A DNA stretch of 33,668 nt from a virus (taxonomy: Duplodnaviria > Caudoviricetes). The DNA lies in IMG/VR virus record IMGVR_UViG_3300012352_000260, positions 1-33,668 of that record; one strand, written 5' to 3'. Numbering within the stretch: the first letter of the stretch is position 1; the number at the start of each line of letters is the position of its first letter. Below, piece by piece: positions 18,701-27,706 of this stretch. A program made the position numbers and the translations under genes. Under the pieces are notes generated by a model, which did not search any database, was not told where the DNA came from, and saw only the letters and a list, made by a program, of their open reading frames with translations.

Positions 18701-20247
18701 CATTTGGTGTTCGTGTTGATTCAGCAAGGATTGCAGATAATGCCGGAAATATAACTGCGTACACAATTAATCAAAATCTTGGTACAGGTAATTCTCCGTC
18801 ATTTTCAGGATTAACAATTAATACAGGAGGTACAGGAACTTGGGCGCCATTCGTGGTTAATTCAACAAGTCAATGGGGCGATGGAGCAACGCAATATGTA
18901 ACTATTGGAGCAGGAGGAGCAGCAGGTATTATGATAAATAACCCACATATTGTATGGAACGCAGCCGAGAATTCAGCTGCTGCTAAATATGGCAGAAGCG
19001 GCGGCGTTTCGTCAGGATCTTATTATGTAGCAGGAACGGGGGCAAGCAATAATTATTTTGTTGCCAAAGACGGGAATACTCCAATATTCAATATAAATTC
19101 AAGCGGAAACTCATCGTTTACAGGAACATTATCTGCGTCAAATTTATCAGGAACAAACACAGGAGATCAAACAAATATATCGGGATCTGCTAGAAACCTA
19201 AATGGCAGTAATTATATTGATAGATGCGGAAGCACAGGTAACGCAAATACTGATTTTCAAAATACGCCTGCGGGTTCAGTAAGACACAACGGAGATGATT
19301 ATGGTGTTACTAATGGCCCCGGAGGATGGTGGTTTTATGACAATTATAGGCATTCTAATGCAAGTAATTATTGGGGCATACAAGTAGCTTGGGGATGGGA
19401 AGATAATGCAAACAGATTAGCTACAAGAAACGTTTCAGGCAATAATTTTGGAGGATGGGTTTATTATTTAAACAGTTTGAATTACGGCAATTATGCGGTT
19501 CCTTTAACCGGCGGAACAATGAGTGGTGCTCTTAATTTTACACAACCTGTTGGTCTTGGATTTGCAAATGGACAATATATTAAAGACAATGGCGGTGGCG
19601 GTTTAGTTATTTCAAGTGGTGCCGCTATTAATTTGAATGCTACATTATTAACTACAAACACAATTTTAAATTACGGAACAGGTGGCGCAACACCGTACGC
19701 ATACGCAACAGGATTAAATTGCGGTATTGGTTTTGGAGGCGTTGAGGGTAATTTAAGAATGTATGGAATTTTTACAGAAAAAGAAAACATTGGAGGAGAT
19801 TATACAAAACTAACTATTAATTGGCACACAGGAATTAGATTTGGGGCATATTTTGGCTATGGTGGAACAAGATTTTACAACAATTCTGTTGGCGGTGGTG
19901 GTGAAACTATGATTATGTCAGTAGGTAATGGAGATTCTAATGTAAGGGTGACAAATAATTTATATGCAGCAGCATTTTTTGAAAGTTCTGATGCAAAAAT
20001 AAAGACTATTATTACAGATAATTATCAAGCAAAAGGAATTGAATCTGTGGTTGCAAAGTTATATTATAAAAATGGCAAAGAAGAATTAGGATATTATGCA
20101 CAAGATGTAAAAGAAATTTTACCTAGTGCAGTAAGCGCAGGTATTGACGGATTATTGAATCTTTCATATCGTGAAGTTCACACGGCTAAAATTGCAAGAT
20201 TAGAAAAAAGGGTTGCAGAATTAGAAAAACAATTAAACATTAATTGA
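15739..20247 (+). CDS. Long tail fibre / receptor-binding protein with probable C-terminal intramolecular chaperone (S74-like)
   Basis: 1502 aa, Gly/Thr/Ser-rich, repeated L-x-ADGS and GGT-M/L-T/SG motifs; SSDAKIK...GYYAQDV...LSYREV...coiled-coil end. Confidence 0.85.
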   Translation: MASLTGKLVAETYKALLKTIDNDILTASEKQITDGFGGGSNVFIDSQGFLRANKYKVTNGLATQFLKADGSLDSNTYLTGITSSQIIAALGYTPVTSARTLTINGTTYDLSANRSWTVAGTAAVWGNISGTLSDQTDLQTALNAKYNNPAGTISQYIRGDGSLATFPTISGGLPTGGTAGQILAKIDATDYNTHWIDNYATQTKNEVKLGQTLAKGAAVYVSSANGTNMIVSAASNTSEATSSKTFGLLETGGATNALVKCVTFGLIAGLDTSAAQAGDPVWLGVNGALIFGLANKPVAPAHMVYIGVVTRVQSNNGEIFVNVQNGFEIEELHDVLIQSKANNQGLFYESSTGLWKNKSIATVLGYTPQAELNGTGFVKASGTTISYDNSTYLTTTDADTTYQRLSNLSSNLNPSTTRYPSINAVIAGLDLKLDLTGGTLTGSITATSFVKTGGTSVQYLKADGSVAEITGDIISGAGSSGYVPKWTSAIVLGSSILYDNGTSMGIGSTNVNYHAYGRSLTGSGFASNSFGFEASSAATTNGSLIGGLSMIISGNDSTRRIGSAIQSYISGSTATNLGADLRFYAKPDNGVLAEIVRITSSLITFNKDLTAANITATSFVKSGGTASEFLMADGSVSTLSSPVTGSGSAGYIPKWTTAANIGSSNIFDDGTSIGIAYSTPNKGGYGRTLTGAAFGSASFGFEAVGGTTTNGGLIGGLSFILSQNDSSRIVGSAIQSNLVGTTATNYGADLRFFAKADAGVIAEVARMTSAGLRVYGTIVKDGGTSSQVLMADGSVSAFPSLSGYLQLSGGTMTGIINNTTTYIGYRAQVDGTSAIWRGIIGSYNASSDVGTFIGNYAGKSGIFGHTNSMGAWNTLRINSLGVNGMGKVILSNNTVVNADNSDTEYGIIHAGNVANYSVPNRIVSNWNDATVLGNVVGLLAWKNWGNGHVIFDASAGTSPSGTSVSQTNATIAWQATNPTLMGWNGQYSFGVRVDSARIADNAGNITAYTINQNLGTGNSPSFSGLTINTGGTGTWAPFVVNSTSQWGDGATQYVTIGAGGAAGIMINNPHIVWNAAENSAAAKYGRSGGVSSGSYYVAGTGASNNYFVAKDGNTPIFNINSSGNSSFTGTLSASNLSGTNTGDQTNISGSARNLNGSNYIDRCGSTGNANTDFQNTPAGSVRHNGDDYGVTNGPGGWWFYDNYRHSNASNYWGIQVAWGWEDNANRLATRNVSGNNFGGWVYYLNSLNYGNYAVPLTGGTMSGALNFTQPVGLGFANGQYIKDNGGGGLVISSGAAINLNATLLTTNTILNYGTGGATPYAYATGLNCGIGFGGVEGNLRMYGIFTEKENIGGDYTKLTINWHTGIRFGAYFGYGGTRFYNNSVGGGGETMIMSVGNGDSNVRVTNNLYAAAFFESSDAKIKTIITDNYQAKGIESVVAKLYYKNGKEELGYYAQDVKEILPSAVSAGIDGLLNLSYREVHTAKIARLEKRVAELEKQLNIN
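17068..18087 (+). repeat. Internal tandem duplication (two ~170-aa units) in the tail fibre
   Basis: ITATSFVK.GGT...GY.PKWT...GADLRF.AK.D.GV.AE..R begins at 17068 and again at 17578 (510-nt period). Confidence 0.9.
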
Positions 20248-20248
20248 T

Positions 20249-20686
20249 ATGCAATGGATTAATGTGGCATCCAATCAAACGTGTTCGTGGGATAGCTTAA
20301 TAGATGCCTGCAATAATGGGTATTTCCTGCAATTATTACCAATGCCGCCATCGGGAGAATCAGCAAGCCGTTGCGTTCGTAAAGAATTAATTCAATCGTA
20401 TATTGATATTCAATCTGCTCCATTATCAGGCGTTCCAAATAATGAATTAGTTGTAAAAAGTCAATTAGTTGCAAACGCATACACATATTATCGTTTAACA
20501 GCCTGTGGAGGCGGCGCAGACGCTTGGACACGTATTGCTCCTACATTAGGATATGGCCAAAGATATATTTTGCCATCATATCCGTCACCATCATATTATT
20601 ATTATAATGGATATTCGCAAACTACTTTGCCGTCAGGATACAACGGATCAATTCAAATTGTAAGTGGTGCAACGTATTGTCCATAA
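20249..20686 (+). CDS. Hypothetical virion/tail-fibre-associated protein
   Basis: Directly follows the fibre gene; Cys/Tyr-rich. Confidence 0.65.
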   Translation: MQWINVASNQTCSWDSLIDACNNGYFLQLLPMPPSGESASRCVRKELIQSYIDIQSAPLSGVPNNELVVKSQLVANAYTYYRLTACGGGADAWTRIAPTLGYGQRYILPSYPSPSYYYYNGYSQTTLPSGYNGSIQIVSGATYCP

Positions 20687-20725
20687 TCAGTATATTTGCA
20701 TATTATTAAACCAAATCAACATAAA

Positions 20726-21121
20726 ATGAAAAAGAAGTACGCAGAAATCATTGTTTTATCACGCGTTTTAAAACATTTTGCCGGAGATCAAAAGACAAAG
20801 GCGCAAAAAAAATTGGCTAAAATTGCAGAAAAATTGAAGCCATATTTGGATAAATATGAGGAACAAGCTGAGGAATACCGTTTAGACAATGCGTCAGTTG
20901 ATAAAGATGGAAACCTAATTTTAAAAGAAAATGGAGGCTATTCATACACAAAAGACGGATTGAAAAAATTGACCGAAAAATCAAAGGAGTTAAATTTGAC
21001 TGAGGTTGATTTTGAATTAATTCAAGTAATTAATCCTGAGGGATTAGAAGAATTTGGATTTTTAAAGGATTGGGTTGACGGTGTAGAATTTACAAATATT
21101 GAAGAGGACATAGAATTATAA
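20726..21121 (+). CDS. Hypothetical protein, possible fibre chaperone (start 20726)
   Basis: ATG after the TATATTTG box at 20691; charged helical protein with a DKDGNLI motif. Confidence 0.7.
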   Translation: MKKKYAEIIVLSRVLKHFAGDQKTKAQKKLAKIAEKLKPYLDKYEEQAEEYRLDNASVDKDGNLILKENGGYSYTKDGLKKLTEKSKELNLTEVDFELIQVINPEGLEEFGFLKDWVDGVEFTNIEEDIEL

Positions 21122-21123
21122 TT

Positions 21124-21480
21124 ATGAAAACAATCGAACCTGTTTCAATTTGGGACAATGGATCAGTACAAGAAGCGACAATTTTGGATACATACGCTTA
21201 TAATGTTTCTTTGGGCAATTCAGCAACATTTTCGTATTCGCTATATAAACAAAATATAGATCCTACAATGATCAAACAATTATCGTTTGGTACTTTAATA
21301 ATGACAGGCGAAGCATATACACAATGGACTGTTGATTCATACGCTTGGGATTGGGTAGCTAGTCAATTAAATTTGACTATTACAGGCGAATATATTCCAC
21401 CTGTTCCTCCTATTCCACCGGTACCACCTGTTCCTCCAACAACGGAATTAACACCTGAAATTGAATCCCCTGCTGTATAA
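21124..21480 (+). CDS. Hypothetical tail-associated protein with a Pro-rich tail
   Basis: MKTIEPVSIWDNG...AWDWVASQLNLTITG followed by PPVPPIPPVPPVPP. Confidence 0.7.
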   Translation: MKTIEPVSIWDNGSVQEATILDTYAYNVSLGNSATFSYSLYKQNIDPTMIKQLSFGTLIMTGEAYTQWTVDSYAWDWVASQLNLTITGEYIPPVPPIPPVPPVPPTTELTPEIESPAV

Positions 21481-21930
21481 ATGGCATTAGTAAACGGCAC
21501 AAACGTAGTTCTGTATGAGGGCGATGTAGCACTTGGTCATTCCAAGTCAGCTACAATGGCCTTACAGATGGATATGGCTGAATTTACTAACAAAGATTCG
21601 CAAGGTTGGAAAGAAGTTTTAGCCGGTAAACGATCGGCTACATTTTCGGCTGACGGATTGATCGATTATTCTGATCAGGTAAATTTCAACGATTTTGCGG
21701 ATCGTATTATTACAAGATCGGAAGTTCAATGGGTATTTCAGACGGCCGGTATGTTTTACTATGGATTGGGATATATTACAGACGTTGAACAAATTTCGGA
21801 AACGGAAACTGTATCAACGTATTCTGTTAATTTTAGGATTTCAGGCCGCATTTATACTGATACCCGGTTGATATGGAATCAGGTATTTACGAATTGGGAA
21901 AACTTAAATATACAATGGCAAAATCTATAA
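21481..21930 (+). CDS. Tail-tube protein paralog (minor)
   Basis: NGTN...ALGHS....L......EFTNKDSQGWKE.LAGKRS...SADGL; aligns by eye with the next gene. Confidence 0.8.
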   Translation: MALVNGTNVVLYEGDVALGHSKSATMALQMDMAEFTNKDSQGWKEVLAGKRSATFSADGLIDYSDQVNFNDFADRIITRSEVQWVFQTAGMFYYGLGYITDVEQISETETVSTYSVNFRISGRIYTDTRLIWNQVFTNWENLNIQWQNL

Positions 21931-21983
21931 TTGATTTTGAATATATTTGCATAAATATCAGAGCATAAAAATTAAACAAAAAT

Positions 21984-22394
21984 ATGGCAACATCGGGAGT
22001 ATTTAACGGCACGAACCTATTGATCAAAGTTGAGGGAACGGCTATCGCACACACAACGTCTTGTTCTTTGTCTATCTCACAAGACATCGCAGACGCTACT
22101 ACAAAAGATTCATCAGGTTGGTCTGAGGGAATCAGTGGCCTACGTTCAGGCGAAATTTCGTTTGACGGTTTGGTAAACTACGCATCAGCTGCTAACGCAG
22201 AAGAATTGGTTGACTACGTTTTAAACCGTACAGTTGTAACTTGCGTATTTGGAACATCAGCAACAGGTGACGTGATCTACACAGCTGAGGGTTATATTGC
22301 ATCAATCGAGCAATCAGCAGAGATGGAAGCAGCAGTGACTTTCTCAGGATCAATCACATTGACAGGCGCAATCGTAAAATCAACAAACGCATAA
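21984..22394 (+). CDS. Major tail (tube) protein
   Basis: FNGTNL...IAHTTSCSLSI...DATTKDSSGWSE.ISGLRS..ISFDGL; has its own promoter box and terminator. Confidence 0.88.
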   Translation: MATSGVFNGTNLLIKVEGTAIAHTTSCSLSISQDIADATTKDSSGWSEGISGLRSGEISFDGLVNYASAANAEELVDYVLNRTVVTCVFGTSATGDVIYTAEGYIASIEQSAEMEAAVTFSGSITLTGAIVKSTNA

Positions 22395-22415
22395 TTTGTT
22401 GATTGCAAAATAGAT

Positions 22416-22446
22416 CCCGGCATCAGTAAAAATGGTGCCGGGTTTT
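22416..22446 (+). terminator. Intrinsic terminator after the major tail gene
   Basis: CCCGGCATCA / TGGTGCCGGG stem followed by TTTT. Confidence 0.7.
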
Positions 22447-22473
22447 AAAGTTTAAACACCTAATCAAACACAA

Positions 22474-22866
22474 ATGGAAGTCAATCAAAAAAGGGGCTAT
22501 TGTCAGTTGAACATTGGCGGTAAAATTCGCACCCTGCATTTTTCAATGAATTTTTGGGCTGCTTTCGAGCAGGCGTCAGGTTTCAGCATCTCTGAGATCG
22601 ACAAAGTATTTGGATCCGGTTTATCGTTGTCCTCAATGAGAGCATTGGTATATTCCGGATTGCTTGCTTTTGATCAAGAGAACGGCAACGAAATTGATTA
22701 TACGATCTACAAGGTAGGCGATTGGATGGAGGACGTTGATCAGAGCGCTTTGACTTTGATCGTAGAAACTTTAATGCAGTCACGGATCTTGGGAAACGAT
22801 CTCAACGCAGGCGTGAGAAGAAACGTTGAAAAATCCACAAAAAACCCAAAGCCCAAAAACCCCTAA
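22474..22866 (+). CDS. Tail assembly chaperone (lambda gpG-like)
   Basis: Lies between the tail tube and tape measure genes and ends in a slippery sequence. Confidence 0.8.
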   Translation: MEVNQKRGYCQLNIGGKIRTLHFSMNFWAAFEQASGFSISEIDKVFGSGLSLSSMRALVYSGLLAFDQENGNEIDYTIYKVGDWMEDVDQSALTLIVETLMQSRILGNDLNAGVRRNVEKSTKNPKPKNP

Positions 22867-23180
22867 CGTGGGATTCAATGTTTGACTTTTATATTGGTCA
22901 AGCAGGGATAACACCGGATAATTTTTGGCGCAATACTTGGAAAGAAAATGCGTTGTTGGGGGAATCTTGGAGTGTAAACGTGAATTTACATTGGGAGATG
23001 CACAGATTCACGAGTACAATGATAATAAATTCGCAAGCCACGAAGCGCTCTCAATTAATTACACCTGATAAGCTATTCCCGTTGCCGCAGGATGTATATT
23101 TAGAAAAGGGCAAACCGAAATCAACACCGGAACAATTCGAGGCATTTTTGAAGCAAATTGAAAAAAGTCAATCCAAATAA
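22839..23180 (+). CDS. Tail assembly chaperone extension (gpT-like), probably expressed by a -1 frameshift
   Basis: In-frame A AAA AAC (22839-45) and C CCA AAG (22845-51); the -1 frame is open from 22830 to 23180. Confidence 0.75.
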   Translation, partial: KKPKAQKPLTWDSMFDFYIGQAGITPDNFWRNTWKENALLGESWSVNVNLHWEMHRFTSTMIINSQATKRSQLITPDKLFPLPQDVYLEKGKPKSTPEQFEAFLKQIEKSQSK

Positions 23181-23198
23181 CGGGTTGGCTTTTTTTTT
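23166..23198 (+). terminator. Intrinsic terminator before the tape-measure gene
   Basis: AGTCAATCC / GGGTTGGCT stem plus a long T run, followed by a TAACTTTA promoter-like box. Confidence 0.7.
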
Positions 23199-23209
23199 AA
23201 CTTTACATT

Positions 23210-25768
23210 ATGGCAAACATATTAGAGGTATTCATCAGTGGCGATTCTAAGGAACTAGAAGCGGCATTATCACGGGCTGACAAGCAATTACAGAATTTCG
23301 GAAAGCAGGCGTCTGAGATCGGAAAGTCAATGTCCACTTACATCACTGCTCCATTAACGCTTGCGGGAGGCGCTGCGATTAAATTGGCGTCTGATTTTAA
23401 CGAATCAATGAACAAGGTTGATGTTTCATTCAAAGATTCGTCAGCTGAGGTACAAGCATTCGCAAAGCACGCGCTAACATCGTTTGGTATCGCTGAGGGC
23501 ACGGCCTTAGATATGGCCGCATTATTCGGTGATATGGCAACCGGTATGGGCGTTGCCACATCGGACGCTGCAAAATTATCGACGTCATTAGTTGGTTTAG
23601 CAGGCGATCTTGCGTCATTCAAAAACATTGGTATTGATCAAGTTCAAACAGCGTTGGCCGGGATCTTCACCGGTGAAACTGAATCGTTGAAGCGATTAGG
23701 TATTGTAATGACTGAGGCAAACGTTAAACAATACGCATATACTGAGGGAATTAAGAAATCATACGAGGAAATGACGCAGGCCGAAAAGGTTATGTTGCGT
23801 TACAATTACGTGCTTTCTGTTACAAAAAATGCTCAGGGAGATTTTGAGAGAACAGGCGGAGGCGCTGCGAATCAGATGCGTATGTTATCTGAATCTTTGA
23901 AACAAGTTGGAGCGCAATTTGGTCAGATTATTTTGCCATATGTTACAGCAGCAGCAAAAGCGTTTAATTCATTTATGGTGAGCGTTTCTGAATCATCCAC
24001 TGCTACAAAAACAATTGTTATGGTTTTGGCAGGTTTAGCTGCCGCTATTGGCCCGGTTTTGGTTGCCGTTGGGTTCCTATCATCTAATATCATTTCAGGC
24101 TTTACAAACGCAACGAAAGCTGTTAAAGGACTATGGACTGCTATGATGGCAAACCCATTGGTTGCTATTACAACATTAGTTGCCGGATTGACTGCTGTTT
24201 ATTTGATTCAAGCAGGAGTATTTAAAGAATTGACTGATGTTCAAGGAGAATTGAACAAATTGAAAGATGATTCAATTAAATCAACAATAAAAGAGGAAAA
24301 TGAATTACAGCGGTTAGTAAAATTAGCGCAAAATCAAAATGTCGCATTAGAAGAAAGGCAAAAAGCGGTAAAAGCAATCAATGCGATGTCTCCTGAATAC
24401 CTAAATGGTATTACATTAGAAACAATTGGTACAGATGCGGCTAAAAAATCAATGGACAATTATGTTGAATCGTTGAGAAAAAAGGCGTTGGTAATGGCCG
24501 GAAATGCTAAAATTGAAGAATTAACTAAAAAGAAATTAGCATTACAAACGGGAGAAGTTGATGCAGGAACAACAGCCCTTGGAGCATTAAGTGATGCTTT
24601 GGGTTGGGTTTACAAAAATGCTCCCGGAGCTGCCGGTGTAGGAAACTACGGAAAAAATGTTAGAGCCGAAATGGTTCAAAAAGAAATTAAAGGTATTGAC
24701 GAATTAATTGAAAAAACAGCACAATTAACGGGTCAGGATCTTAATAAAGTAAATGCGCCTACAAGTACAGCATCAAAAGGAGCGTACAATCCTAAGGCAG
24801 CAAAAGCGGCCGAAAAAGCGGCAGCAAAAGAATTAAAAGTAAAACAAGCGGCTGAGGAAAAAGATGTAAAAGAAAGAATTGCGCATTTAGACGAAATACA
24901 AAAATTAAAAGACAAAGTTGCAGCAGAAGATCGTGCGGCAGCAGACGCGCAAGCCTCAAAGTTTTTAACCGATAGACAAAAGGAATACGAGTCATTGGCT
25001 TCAACCTATGACGAGCAGGTTAATTTACGCGAGAAATTGCATATGAGTACAGCTGCTATTGATGAAAAATTTGCAGCAGACAAAGCAGCAATGCAGGCTA
25101 AATGGGATCAAGAGGATTTAGATGCTATGAGCGCTAAATTTGACGAAACAAGTGCAATGATAACCAAATTTGCAGACGAAGATGCTGCGACAGCTGCTGA
25201 AAAGGTTGCCGCTCAGATGCAAAAAATTATGGACATTGGAAGAATGGTTGCCGATACAGCAGGTCAAGCATTTAATGCGTTAGGTCAATCAATCGTATCT
25301 TCAATGGGTTTAGCGTCAGACGGATTAGAGGGATTTGCTCAGGTAATGCTTAGAACTTTGGTTGAATTAGGTACAATGATTTTAAAACAGATCATTATGA
25401 ATCAAGCATCTGCAATGGCTTCATCTATTGCTTCTGCTTCGCAATCTGCTGCGGCCACGGGGCCATTAGCGGTATTTGCACAACCTGCTTTCATAGCAAC
25501 CGCAGTTGGCGGTGTTTTATCAGCATTTGCGGCAATTCCTAAGTTTGCTGCCGGTGGTATTGTATCGGGGCCAACTATGGGTTTAATGGGTGAATATCCG
25601 GGTGCTAAATCAAATCCTGAGGTAATTGCTCCATTAAATAAATTACAAGGAATGATGGATCAAACAGGCGGCGGATCTACAAACGTATCAGGCGAATTTG
25701 TATTGCGCGGTCAAGATTTGGTTGTAGCTTTACAAAGAGCCGAAAAACAAAGAAACAGAATAGGATAA
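23210..25768 (+). CDS. Tape measure protein
   Basis: 852 aa, Ala-rich helical; LAGDLASF.N, GETESLKRLG and C-terminal FAAGGIVSGPT..LMGE....PEVIAPL. Confidence 0.93.
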   Translation: MANILEVFISGDSKELEAALSRADKQLQNFGKQASEIGKSMSTYITAPLTLAGGAAIKLASDFNESMNKVDVSFKDSSAEVQAFAKHALTSFGIAEGTALDMAALFGDMATGMGVATSDAAKLSTSLVGLAGDLASFKNIGIDQVQTALAGIFTGETESLKRLGIVMTEANVKQYAYTEGIKKSYEEMTQAEKVMLRYNYVLSVTKNAQGDFERTGGGAANQMRMLSESLKQVGAQFGQIILPYVTAAAKAFNSFMVSVSESSTATKTIVMVLAGLAAAIGPVLVAVGFLSSNIISGFTNATKAVKGLWTAMMANPLVAITTLVAGLTAVYLIQAGVFKELTDVQGELNKLKDDSIKSTIKEENELQRLVKLAQNQNVALEERQKAVKAINAMSPEYLNGITLETIGTDAAKKSMDNYVESLRKKALVMAGNAKIEELTKKKLALQTGEVDAGTTALGALSDALGWVYKNAPGAAGVGNYGKNVRAEMVQKEIKGIDELIEKTAQLTGQDLNKVNAPTSTASKGAYNPKAAKAAEKAAAKELKVKQAAEEKDVKERIAHLDEIQKLKDKVAAEDRAAADAQASKFLTDRQKEYESLASTYDEQVNLREKLHMSTAAIDEKFAADKAAMQAKWDQEDLDAMSAKFDETSAMITKFADEDAATAAEKVAAQMQKIMDIGRMVADTAGQAFNALGQSIVSSMGLASDGLEGFAQVMLRTLVELGTMILKQIIMNQASAMASSIASASQSAAATGPLAVFAQPAFIATAVGGVLSAFAAIPKFAAGGIVSGPTMGLMGEYPGAKSNPEVIAPLNKLQGMMDQTGGGSTNVSGEFVLRGQDLVVALQRAEKQRNRIG

Positions 25769-25772
25769 AAAT

Positions 25773-27701
25773 ATGGCATACGGTGTTAAATACAGATTGG
25801 AATTTGCCGATCTAAAAGGAAATAAACGCAAGGTTGAGATATTTAAAAACGGATATTCGGGCAGCGTTTTACCTATGATTGGAACGTCTGAACCGGTAGA
25901 AATTGAGTGGAAAGCAGATGAGGATATTTACGAGCCATTAATTGGATCTCAATGCAAGCTAAATTTAATGGTAACGGATGACGTTACCTATGACGATTTT
26001 TACCTGTATGATGAGCGTGAATATAAGGTTGTAATTTATTACGAATCGTCAGCAGGCGCTTGGTCAACGTTTTGGGCAGGTTGGGTTGTAAACGATCTTT
26101 ATTCTCAGGCATTGGTTTCAACGCCGTATTCTTTGTCAATTACGGCAACAGATAATTTAGGCCAATTAGACGCCTATGATACTTGGATGCCGGCGATCGG
26201 TACAGACAATCCGACGCTTTGGCAATTTATGTACAACGCTTTGGGCAATCTGTCTTTGGGTTTTGACATTTATATTAGCAATGATTTAAGGATCTCAACA
26301 GATTCGGCTTGGAAAAACGTATTTGATCAGGTTACAATCAAAAAGTCGGGATTTTTTCACGATTCCTATATCATTAATGACGCTAAAACAACGTTGCGTT
26401 CAATCCTGCTAGGGTTTAATTGCCGATTGTTTCAATCGTTTGGCCGTTGGTATATTGTAAACAATTCTTCATACGGCGATCAACGTATCATCGAGGGAAT
26501 ACAGGCCGGAACATATACAGGATCCGGAATTTTAACAGCAAAACAAGCCTTTTTGAACGCAGGATCTGAGAATATAAAGTATTGGATCTATAATTCAGCA
26601 GGCGTTGCTCAATCGTCAGTTACAACAAATATGTTGAAAGTGGTGCCGACAAATATGCAACCGATTGGTCAAAATTTGTTTAGAACGCCGCGCAGACCGG
26701 TTAAAAAATATCAGGAAATTGTTGATATTTCTCAGCAGCAATACGATCTTAATTTGAACGCATCGTTTGAATTTGACTATGAAAATTGGACAACGACATT
26801 AGTAACAACGGAATTTGTTAATGCTCCATTCGCAGGCCGTAGATCGTTAAAATATGTAGGTACAAGCGCATTGGGCGTTTATGCGCTTAGGTTGGTAAGC
26901 TCAGGCGCTGCTAATGCTATTAAAGGGAATCAATATCAGGTATTATTTTCAGTCAATATCGACAAAGGCGGATCTGATAACCGGTTGCCTTGGTTTTTGC
27001 GAATTGAATATGCGCCGGGCGTTTATACATATTGGAGTGAAACGAACAAAACTTGGGGAACGTCACCGGGTTCGATCGGTTGGAATGAAACATCAGTAGT
27101 TGGAGCAGGAACGTTTGAATCATTCAAATTTACAGCAAAAGAAGCGCCTGAACCCGGACAAATTCAAATAGGATTTTCATACCCTTATATTGATTCAGCA
27201 GGTTTATATACAGGAATGTATTTGGATAACTGCGCGGTGCGTAATATCGACAAAGAGCAAAACGTGTACAAGGAGGTTTATTTCATTCGTGAGCAATCGG
27301 GATCGTTTGTAACATCCGATGTTATGGAACACAAGGAAATCTATCAAACTGACGTTGATTCGGTTGCGTTCTTAGGAGCATTTACTGATAACAATTCTTT
27401 CAAACGCGCTCAGGACGCAGGCGGATTATTTTTGGAGCAGATTGTGACGCAGCAAAGGATAAATGATTTCAGGCAATACTCAATGCAATATGAGGGCGAT
27501 TTATACAATATGGATCAATTCGGCGTAATGACGATGGCTCACAAATTATGGATCAAATTTAACACATTAACTGAGACAGATTCGGCAATTGTCGATTCGA
27601 TCCGGTTACAGATGAAATCAAATATATACAGTTGTCAGTTTCATATCCCAAACAATTACACGGACGTGGCTACAACGTACAGAATTTCATATCAAGAGTA
27701 A
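25773..27701 (+). CDS. Tail tip / distal tail-hub structural protein
   Basis: 642 aa directly after the tape measure; MAYGVKYRLEF N-terminus and SITATDNLGQL. Confidence 0.7.
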   Translation: MAYGVKYRLEFADLKGNKRKVEIFKNGYSGSVLPMIGTSEPVEIEWKADEDIYEPLIGSQCKLNLMVTDDVTYDDFYLYDEREYKVVIYYESSAGAWSTFWAGWVVNDLYSQALVSTPYSLSITATDNLGQLDAYDTWMPAIGTDNPTLWQFMYNALGNLSLGFDIYISNDLRISTDSAWKNVFDQVTIKKSGFFHDSYIINDAKTTLRSILLGFNCRLFQSFGRWYIVNNSSYGDQRIIEGIQAGTYTGSGILTAKQAFLNAGSENIKYWIYNSAGVAQSSVTTNMLKVVPTNMQPIGQNLFRTPRRPVKKYQEIVDISQQQYDLNLNASFEFDYENWTTTLVTTEFVNAPFAGRRSLKYVGTSALGVYALRLVSSGAANAIKGNQYQVLFSVNIDKGGSDNRLPWFLRIEYAPGVYTYWSETNKTWGTSPGSIGWNETSVVGAGTFESFKFTAKEAPEPGQIQIGFSYPYIDSAGLYTGMYLDNCAVRNIDKEQNVYKEVYFIREQSGSFVTSDVMEHKEIYQTDVDSVAFLGAFTDNNSFKRAQDAGGLFLEQIVTQQRINDFRQYSMQYEGDLYNMDQFGVMTMAHKLWIKFNTLTETDSAIVDSIRLQMKSNIYSCQFHIPNNYTDVATTYRISYQE

Positions 27702-27706
27702 TTTTG

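Noticed and set aside
18700-20247. Diversity-generating retroelement targeting the tail fibre
   Set aside because: No reverse transcriptase and no near-identical template/variable repeat pair were seen.
21396-21437. PPVPPIPPVPPVPP 9-nt periodic repeat as a functional DNA repeat or CRISPR-like array
   Set aside because: It is a degenerate coding repeat for a proline linker and has no spacers.
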